DNA from: Microgenomates group bacterium
Lineage (GTDB): Bacteria > Patescibacteriota > Microgenomatia > PFEM01 > JBNASD01
DNA length: 64,000 bases
Assembly: GCA_049720225.1 (NCBI GenBank)
Contig: JBNASD010000001.1
Location: 164,733-228,732 of the forward strand
Direction: 5' to 3'
Below, piece by piece: positions 58,001-64,000 of the stretch (positions within the stretch are counted from its first letter, which is position 1; each line of letters begins with the position of its first letter). A model generated the notes under the pieces. That model made no database searches. It was not told where the DNA came from and saw only the letters and a program-made list of their open reading frames with translations. The position numbers and the translations under genes were made by a program.

Positions 58001-58784
58001 TTATAAAATGTTGATATCCACTAAAGCTTCCTAATAAAGTAGCTAATATCCAAAAAGTAAAGATAATTCCATTAATCAAAAAAGAAATTAAAAAATATTT
58101 CAAAAAATAAATTAATTTTATTCTCTTTTTTATATTTTTTAAAAATTCTAAAAGTAAATCTAATACAATAATTACTAAAAATGGACCAATATATGCGGGA
58201 TTAGTTAGAGACGGGAGAGAAAATAAAAAAAATAAACTCATATAAAAAATGAACTTAAAATTTCGACATTCTTTTCCTTTAAACCACATCAGAATTAAAA
58301 AAGGAAAAAACGCATAAAAAAACAATCCCATTAAATAACCACTTCCCCATTTTAATTGTAATAAATATGTATTAATCATATAAAAATTAGCACCAATTAA
58401 ACCACTTATTTGTTTATGTTTAAATTCAGAAAAAGATAAAAGATATTTAATTAAAAAATATGCCCCTATTCCTGAAAAGGTAAATATTAAATAAAATAGT
58501 ATTTTTTGACATGAATATATAGAAAAACCTGTTTTAAATAATAAAAATAAAAATAAATTATAGGTAAAGATTTTAAAAGAAGCAAAATAATCCGCTCTGC
58601 CTAACTCTTGCTGGTGATCCCACCAAAATAGAGAACGAAGTAAATCATTTGGAGGATTCAAAGAAAAGTTCGTATCACCTGGATTAACTAAATATTGTCC
58701 TTTAAACCAAGAAATAGATAAAAAACCAAAAAGAAAAATAATTAAAATATAAAATATATCTTTTTCGATAATTTTCTTAACCAT
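54987..58784 (-). CDS. Large GT-C membrane glycosyltransferase (AftD/DUF3367- or YfhO-like) with a long extracellular region
   Basis: N-terminal multi-TM (GD, FYMIN, KG..PF, FR, IPNYY), CBM-like beta region, LVFSESFHEGW, VNGYANSW, C-terminal TM. Confidence 0.75.
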   Translation of the reverse strand: MVKKIIEKDIFYILIIFLFGFLSISWFKGQYLVNPGDTNFSLNPPNDLLRSLFWWDHQQELGRADYFASFKIFTYNLFLFLLFKTGFSIYSCQKILFYLIFTFSGIGAYFLIKYLLSFSEFKHKQISGLIGANFYMINTYLLQLKWGSGYLMGLFFYAFFPFLILMWFKGKECRNFKFIFYMSLFFLFSLPSLTNPAYIGPFLVIIVLDLLLEFLKNIKKRIKLIYFLKYFLISFLINGIIFTFWILATLLGSFSGYQHFIKSTVLFKQEVTSSSFSSILNLFRNLGDWGFWGKYREDFYYPYSPIYNKWLFILVSFIILFLIFLNLIFLKKQNRETKYFTLFFWVVFLIGIFLSKGIHEPFDQVNQWLLNKFLIFKGFRMAYEKFGPLICISNSILISYSLTLILFLIKRRYIKHIFIFFSFFLVNLYGWPFWTGDVWREETKNLPGFRFKIPNYYEEIRSFLEKQKINFKILSLPDNAVEVPGIIILNLESGLYGGADPLARLISLPIYYLDKFNFDNYREINSSLYYFYLDNPESFALFLKRFSGFLNTKYIFLREESTNKVYLNIRPAYFIKPFIDKFFILERNFDRVAIYKTEDKNFLPHFYISKRIIYSNGKTDNLKEIIELSDDELRLGIYLENSKLKTQNSKLENGEILEKANEILIVGELKNGIDKDYWEKLENFKSKVSFPYVRHKPNSLGWKLAKIKENYEEWKVRKNSEKLIDKKLFFAGKRISELVKFTDDIDNLLIIEEWKKKFEETREEVEKLESQEIKKEQIIKLRAYFERHQEEIKKLKDLKIETFKNWKETFEEIDKKIAKFEGKFDLNELDYVLEIPKEGEYTLYLEIPNSKIQVPNKEENKGLENFGIGEIEIDGEKIEIENFQINEEWIELGKIKLEEGEHKLKLYLLEGINLVGKDWQKLKDVETKEEGVFFEKQGFFPEAKDLVFQPINDWQSGEFYYLSFEYKTEGGRLGLGIVEEKRIYEEEKERIRKEKIFEKKLTSGEFSEENDWQKFERVFQADNEAVGAEIYFYSEPETGKIARVEFRNLQIKKVREPKVILRKRLQIPNSEFQIPKITFIKVNPTKYKIKIEEAKTPYTLVFSESFHEGWKIYLKEAQSAKGKAQNLKFKDLRDVVVGMIGKIGEKVTDLFLDNRGYGEEVASYFDGEIKEGTHRMTFLEPAAFETWGKKSIAEERHYLVNGYANSWYITPEDVGGAENYELIVEFWPQRFFYIGLGISLLTFAGCLSYLGYDFISNLKNKNEKN
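55407..55436. repeat. Heptamer tandem repeat, in frame
   Basis: gttttgc gctttgc cttttgc gctttgc (encodes AQSAKGKAQN). Confidence 0.8.
55561..55590. repeat. Heptamer tandem repeat, in frame
   Basis: ggaattt ggaattc ggagttt ggaattt (encodes QIPNSEFQIP). Confidence 0.8.
56221..56248. repeat. Heptamer tandem repeat, in frame
   Basis: ggaactt ggatttt ggagttt ggaattt (encodes IPNSKIQVP). Confidence 0.75.
56833..56867. repeat. Heptamer tandem repeat, in frame
   Basis: agttttg x4 plus agttttc (encodes ENSKLKTQNSKL). Confidence 0.9.
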
Positions 58785-58790
58785 TTTTTA

Positions 58791-59933
58791 TTATTTTAGA
58801 TTTTTAAAAATTTTATTTATTATTTTGAAAATTCTTTCTGAAGCTTTTCCATCTCCAAAAGGATTTTTAACTTTGCTCATTTTTAAATATTTTTTTTTGT
58901 TATTCAATAAGAATTCAACCTCAGATACTATTTTTTCTTTATTTGTCCCTACCAATATACCAGCTCCTATCTCAACAACTTCTGGTCTCTCCGTAGTATT
59001 TCTCAAAATCAACACTGGTTTACCTAACGAAGGCGCTTCTTCTTGAATACCTCCAGAATCACTTAAAATTAAATAACATTTTTTCATTAAATAACAAAAT
59101 GACAAATAATCTAAAGGCTTTAAAAGTTTAACGTTAGAAATTCCTTTTAAATTTCTCTTTACTGTTTCTTGAACATTAGGATTTAAATGTACAGGATAAA
59201 CAATTTCTATTTCATCTCTGTATAATTGACTTATCTCTCTTACTGCTAAACAAATATCTTCCAAAGGCTTTCCAAAGTTTTCTCTTCTATGGGCAGTAAT
59301 TAAAATTATTTTTTTTCTAAAATCAATTTTTTTAAGTTCTTTATCAAGACGTTTTCTTTTTTTAAGTGCTAAAAATAGGGCATCTATCACAGTATTTCCT
59401 ACTATAAATATTTTGTTTTTTTCAATTCCTTCCTTTATTAAATTTTCACTTGCTTTTTTAGTAGGAGCAAAATTAAAATCCGCTATATGACTAACCAAAC
59501 GTCTATTGATCTCTTCCGGAAATGGTTGATATTTATCAAAACTTCTTAATCCTGCTTCAATGTGAGCTATTTTAATTTTCTGATAATAACAAGCTAAGGC
59601 AGCAGCTAATACTGTTGTTGTATCTCCTTGAATCAATACCAAATCAGGTTTTTCTCTTATTAAGATATTTTCAATTCCTATTAGTATTTTAGAAGTAACC
59701 TCTGAAAGGGTTTGATTTGGTGTCATTACTTTTAAATTGATATCCGGAGTTATTTCAAAAGCTTCCAAGACATCATCTAACATTTCTTTATGTTGACCAG
59801 TTGAAATTATCTTTACTGAAAAAATCTTTGAATGTTTTTTAAATTCAAAAATAACAGGAGCCAATTTAATTGCTTCTGGCCTGGTACCAAAAACAAAAAA
59901 GATTTTTTTTAATTTATTTTTCTTTTTTTGCAT
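58791..59933 (-). CDS. wecB: UDP-GlcNAc 2-epimerase (non-hydrolysing)
   Basis: GTRPEAIK, QGDTTT, HIEAGLRS, PEEINR, HRREN, DSGGIQEE. Confidence 0.95.
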   Translation of the reverse strand: MQKKKNKLKKIFFVFGTRPEAIKLAPVIFEFKKHSKIFSVKIISTGQHKEMLDDVLEAFEITPDINLKVMTPNQTLSEVTSKILIGIENILIREKPDLVLIQGDTTTVLAAALACYYQKIKIAHIEAGLRSFDKYQPFPEEINRRLVSHIADFNFAPTKKASENLIKEGIEKNKIFIVGNTVIDALFLALKKRKRLDKELKKIDFRKKIILITAHRRENFGKPLEDICLAVREISQLYRDEIEIVYPVHLNPNVQETVKRNLKGISNVKLLKPLDYLSFCYLMKKCYLILSDSGGIQEEAPSLGKPVLILRNTTERPEVVEIGAGILVGTNKEKIVSEVEFLLNNKKKYLKMSKVKNPFGDGKASERIFKIINKIFKNLK

Positions 59934-60567
59934 AAAAAAGAATATATAAAGCGAAATGATTTAAAAAACAGGGAAAATCTTTAATCCCTATTTCCTTTTT
60001 AAAGAAGGGAACAGAAAAACCTAACCAAATCATACTTTTGTTTTTTATTCTAAATTTGTTTATTTTTAATAAATCTTCCAGTTCTGAAGTTGTATATTCC
60101 CGAATATGAATAATTTCTCCTAAAATTGGATCTTTTCCTAACTTTCTTGGAAAATTAGGTTTTTTTCCTAATAATGAAAGAATAAAAAAAGAAATTCTAT
60201 TTCTATTTGGAGTACCCAAAATTAACATACCATTATCCTTCAAAACTCTCCAACATTCTTTTAAAAATAAATTATCGTCATCGATGTGTTCAATTACATC
60301 AAATGAAATCACAACATCAAAAAATTCTTGAGGAAATGGCATATTTAAGGCATTTCCTTTTATAAACTTAACATTTTTAATTCTCAAATTGTTTTGAAGA
60401 TCTAAACCAAAAACTTCATTGTTGTTTTTACAAAATAATTGAGTATACAATCCTGTTCCACATCCAACATCCAATATTTTTTTATTTTTAATTTTATTAG
60501 CCATTATATTAAGATGTCTTATTATTTCTCTTTGACTAGGACTTTTAATGGTGTTTATTTTCAACAT
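59914..60567 (-). CDS. Class I SAM-dependent methyltransferase
   Basis: LDVGCGTG, VIEH, TPN, HIREYT. Confidence 0.9.
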   Translation of the reverse strand: MLKINTIKSPSQREIIRHLNIMANKIKNKKILDVGCGTGLYTQLFCKNNNEVFGLDLQNNLRIKNVKFIKGNALNMPFPQEFFDVVISFDVIEHIDDDNLFLKECWRVLKDNGMLILGTPNRNRISFFILSLLGKKPNFPRKLGKDPILGEIIHIREYTTSELEDLLKINKFRIKNKSMIWLGFSVPFFKKEIGIKDFPCFLNHFALYILFYAKKEK

Positions 60568-60568
60568 T

Positions 60569-61738
60569 TTAAATATTTAATTGATTTATAATTTTCACCT
60601 CATTTTTAGCTATTTTATTCCATTCGTATCTTTTTACAAATTCAAATCCTTTTTTACTAAGAAATTTTCTTTTTAATGAATTATGGAGTAGTTCTAAAAT
60701 TTTCTTAGCCATTTTACCAGTATCTCCTAACGGCGTGTAAATTACGGAATCTTTCCATACTTCTCGTAATTCCTTAAGGTCATAACAAATTACCGGTACT
60801 TTTGAAGCCAAAGCCTCGCCTATAACAATTGCCCAATTTTCTTCATAGCTTGGAAGAATAAAAATTTTTGAAGAAGCTAAAATTTTAAATTTTTTCTCAA
60901 AATCAAAAATTGGACCAAAAAAGATAATATTTTTTTCCAATTTTTTTTCTTTAATTAATGAAAGTACCTCCTTATTATCAGCACCTCCTCCTATAATTGC
61001 TAATTTTGCTTCTGGTTTGTATTTTACTACCTTCTCCCATATTTCAATTAGGTCAAAAACTCCCTTTACCGCTTGAATTCTTTTCATAAATACGGCATCG
61101 TATTTTTTATTTTTTATTTTAGAAATAACCTTTACTATATTTTTTAAATCTACCCCGCAATCTACTGCTATTACTTTATTTCTTTTTACCCCTGCCTCTA
61201 TAAGCTGTCTTTTAGTAGACTCCGAAACTGCTAATACCCTATCTGCAAAGTATTTAATTAAAAATACACTTAATCTTTCACTTATCATAAACAATAAAGA
61301 GTTCAAAAATGTTGATTTCTTTCTTTGCCAAAATTTCAAAGGAGGCATCCAATGAGCTACAGCTACCCATTTATTTTTCTTATTATTTAATTTAATTCTT
61401 ATGGCAGGAATTACATCAAACAATAATTCATTAGCGCTATAAATAACACCTTCAAAATTTTCGATTTTTATTGGTTTTAAAACCAAATAAAAAGTTAAAG
61501 CTAAAACCCAAAATCTTGAATTTCCCTCTTTAAAACCTATATTATGATTTATTACTCCTTTTAGACCAAAGTAATTACAAAATGTTTCTCCTCCTCCATT
61601 TGTCAAAAAATGAACTTCCCATCCTTTTTTTAAAAAACCCTTCATAATTTTTGCCAGTCTTACTTCTCCGCCTGTAATTCCTGATTTCATTAGTTTATTA
61701 TTAATACTAGAACTTATGAATAAAATTTTTTTTATCAT
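60569..61738 (-). CDS. Glycosyltransferase family 4
   Basis: TGGE, AVSE, KG, PSYEENWAIVIGEA. Confidence 0.88.
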   Translation of the reverse strand: MIKKILFISSSINNKLMKSGITGGEVRLAKIMKGFLKKGWEVHFLTNGGGETFCNYFGLKGVINHNIGFKEGNSRFWVLALTFYLVLKPIKIENFEGVIYSANELLFDVIPAIRIKLNNKKNKWVAVAHWMPPLKFWQRKKSTFLNSLLFMISERLSVFLIKYFADRVLAVSESTKRQLIEAGVKRNKVIAVDCGVDLKNIVKVISKIKNKKYDAVFMKRIQAVKGVFDLIEIWEKVVKYKPEAKLAIIGGGADNKEVLSLIKEKKLEKNIIFFGPIFDFEKKFKILASSKIFILPSYEENWAIVIGEALASKVPVICYDLKELREVWKDSVIYTPLGDTGKMAKKILELLHNSLKRKFLSKKGFEFVKRYEWNKIAKNEVKIINQLNI

Positions 61739-61841
61739 TTTATTTTAATTTTAATTTAAAACTTAAATTAAAATTTTATAAAGAAATAATTTCTCATTAA
61801 TTTTAAAAAAAGAAAAAAATACTCCCCTTTTACCCCTTTAG

Positions 61842-62057
61842 CTATTTTAGCCCATTGATTATTGACCAAAGAAAAACCAACTTTATTGGTATTCTTATAA
61901 TTTTGACTTTTAGATAATTTCTCATAACAAAATCAAAACTTTTATCATTTGAATTGTTATCAACTAAAATATTTTTATAATTTAAATTTTTAATTGAATT
62001 AAAAAACTTCTCTCCATTATAATTAACGGTAATTATTGAAACTTTCGGTTGTTTCAT
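61842..62057 (-). pseudogene. GT2 glycosyltransferase remnant
   Basis: KVSIITVNYNG and ILVDNNSND are present, but the ORF is only 71 aa with apparent internal deletions and no DxD. Confidence 0.75.
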
Positions 62058-62076
62058 AATAATTAGTTAAAAAATT

Positions 62077-63111
62077 TTAAAATAATTTATCAAAAAACCA
62101 CTCTACTCCATTTCTATAGGGCGTATAATAAAAAGAACATAAAGGTAATTTTTTAATTTCTCCTTTTAGATGTAATTCTCTAATTCTTTGAAATTTTTTT
62201 GAATAAAAAGATTCAAGAATTCCATTTTTTAAAATGTTTCCAAAAACATATTTACCCTCGTAATCTAGACAACATAAGAAAATATCTCCTTTAACCCCAA
62301 AAACAATAGTGTTCCAAATATACTTACAGGGGTAGGGAGTTTTATTATAATTAATTTTATAACTACCAGAAACATCTTCTACAGCTCCGCCATAATTATG
62401 AACTCTATTTACACTTACTGAATCAACTAATCTTTCCCATTTTTCTATAAATTTTCTCTCCTCGCCCTCATTAGTTTTAACTAAAGTCATAGAAATTCTG
62501 ATAACCGGAATTTGACTTCTTCTCTTTCTTTTTTCTGCAATTAATTTTTTTAAATTTTTAATAGTTTTTAAATAATTTAAGCCCATCGTTTGAGTATAAC
62601 TTTTTTTATTTAAACCGTTAAAACTAATATTAATTTCATCCACTTTACTTTCAAAAATTTCTCTAATAATATAATCATTAGCCAAATTAAAATTAGAATA
62701 AAATTTAACCGGAATATTGGGAAAAAAATTTTTTAAGGTTTTAATTCTTTCAAATATTTTTTTATCTGTTAAGGGCTCTCCAAATCCGTTAATAATGAAA
62801 ACCTGCGGATTAATTTTTTCTTTTTTTATTTTTTCTAAAATTTTCAAAAATATAGAGTCTTTCATAATCTCTTTTTTTCTTTTCATGAAAAGATGAGGAC
62901 ACATAACGCACCGTGCGTTACATAAATTAGTAGTTTCTATAATTATGTTATATTTTTTTTCCTTTTTAATTTTATTTTCAACTTGATTAATTATTAAATA
63001 AACCAATTTTTTATAAAAATAATTTTCACCAATTAAATCAAAAATTTTTCTTAAAATAGGATTGATTTCAATAGCGTTTTTTATTTTTCTTATTATTTTA
63101 TTCTTCAACAT
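62077..63111 (-). CDS. Radical SAM protein with SPASM/Twitch domain
   Basis: CNARCVMC, GFGEP, C-terminal PC...LCCLD...GNI. Confidence 0.88.
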   Translation of the reverse strand: MLKNKIIRKIKNAIEINPILRKIFDLIGENYFYKKLVYLIINQVENKIKKEKKYNIIIETTNLCNARCVMCPHLFMKRKKEIMKDSIFLKILEKIKKEKINPQVFIINGFGEPLTDKKIFERIKTLKNFFPNIPVKFYSNFNLANDYIIREIFESKVDEINISFNGLNKKSYTQTMGLNYLKTIKNLKKLIAEKRKRRSQIPVIRISMTLVKTNEGEERKFIEKWERLVDSVSVNRVHNYGGAVEDVSGSYKINYNKTPYPCKYIWNTIVFGVKGDIFLCCLDYEGKYVFGNILKNGILESFYSKKFQRIRELHLKGEIKKLPLCSFYYTPYRNGVEWFFDKLF

Positions 63112-63695
63112 TTATCCATTTCCTTTTTTTAAAATCATATCTTTTAATTACTTTTGCTGGAATTCCTACTGCGACGGAGTAAGGTGGAATATCTTTAGTT
63201 ACTACCGCATTAGCGCCTATTACCGAATGTCTGCCAATTCTTACATTTTTAAGAACTGAACATTTGGTTCCTAATAAAACATTATCTTCTATAATTACTT
63301 TACCTCCTTCTGTTAAAGGCTGTTGATGCAAATTTTTATTAATATCCTCAAAACCATGGTCGTGGTCGGTAATAAAAACGTAAGAAGATAAAATTGTATG
63401 CTCTCCTATTTCTATATAATTATTGGCGCTTATAAAACTATTATTACCCACATCCACATTATTACCTATTTTAATTTTTATTTTATTTTTACTTTTACAT
63501 TTTTTTTCCTCCAAATTCTTTACTAACTGTAATTCTGCAAAAAGAACCAATATTAACATTTTCCCCTATTGATATTTCTTTAGGATGAGAAGTATTTAGA
63601 AACGGTTTAATTATTGAACCTTTTCCAAAATAATAAAATTTTCTTTTTAAGAAAAGAGTATAAAGCTTTATTAAAAAAGAAAAAAATTTATTCAT
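63098..63695 (-). pseudogene. Hexapeptide acyltransferase split by a frameshift in an A8 tract
   Basis: N-terminal half (IGENVNIG) and C-terminal half (ITDHDH, IGANAVVTKDIP, GIPA) join if one A is removed at 63500-63507. Confidence 0.8.
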
Positions 63696-64000
63696 TTTTG
63701 AATTTTTACACAAAATAACTCAAAAGAGTATTTCGGCAAAAAATAAAAAATAATTTGCGTTAACCCAGTAATTCCATACATAATTTTTTTTGGTTTAAAT
63801 CTCATATTTGAGAAAATATTTTCTTTTTCTTTAGTTAAACTAATTACCTTATTCTCATTAGCATAAAAAAATTTAGCTCCTCCTAATCCCCTACATTTAA
63901 AACCTAATTTTTTAAGTTCTTCTACTCCCCACCCAGAAAGGTGTCTTTGATATTTGTTTTTGTCAACCTCCTCCATTGGAAAAAATCCATTTGGGGTAGT
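63692..64000 (-). CDS. Probable SAM methyltransferase, C-terminal part (runs off window)
   Basis: Frame is open to the window end: TTPNGFFP...HLSGW..EEL..LGF. Confidence 0.65.
   Translation of the reverse strand, partial: TTPNGFFPMEEVDKNKYQRHLSGWGVEELKKLGFKCRGLGGAKFFYANENKVISLTKEKENIFSNMRFKPKKIMYGITGLTQIIFYFLPKYSFELFCVKIQK

Noticed and set aside
20-63259. Short 60-95 aa ORFs antisense to or nested in long genes (e.g. 5076, 9964, 14205, 18584, 22622, 28477, 34720, 50223, 58825)
   Set aside because: Shadow frames of well-supported genes, with no motifs or independent expression signals.
1-64000. Alternative genetic code (TGA as Gly)
   Set aside because: TGA ends conserved genes at expected positions, often in ATGA overlaps, and genes are intact under code 11.

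Overview
AT-rich bacterial chromosome segment using standard code 11 (TGA stops seen). Gene content suggests a Patescibacteria/CPR organism, probably Microgenomates-like (inference from Mur ligases lacking the N-terminal domain, alpha2-type GlyRS, type 2 IleRS, DUF4012 and Pro-Thr linkers). From left to right: the start of one glycan locus (GT4, Wzx); a secreted beta-propeller/lipase fusion; epmA-efp; two orphans; a GC-rich structured island downstream of tRNA-Val(CAC); lepB; parB; rpmA-rplU; rodA; ileS; a near-complete dcw cluster (mraZ to ftsZ, with pgeF, no ddl); glyS; recO; and a ~30 kb surface-glycan locus (DUF4012, priming sugar transferase, ManC, many GT4/GT2, four GT-C enzymes, an O-antigen ligase-like protein, Wzx, WecB, methyl/acyltransferases, a radical SAM) whose distal end is decaying. 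No CRISPR array, rRNA or transposase was seen. The strongest unexplained signals are: (1) a tRNA-linked structured RNA with a Zn-ribbon microprotein enclosed in a long-range stem that hides its Shine-Dalgarno site, followed by a three-way junction carrying a perfect anti-SD; (2) an unannotated Ile-Ile-Ile leader peptide with two hairpins in front of ileS, a candidate attenuator; (3) in-frame 7/8/9-mer tandem-repeat insertions in many genes; (4) widespread leaderless or near-leaderless promoter architecture.
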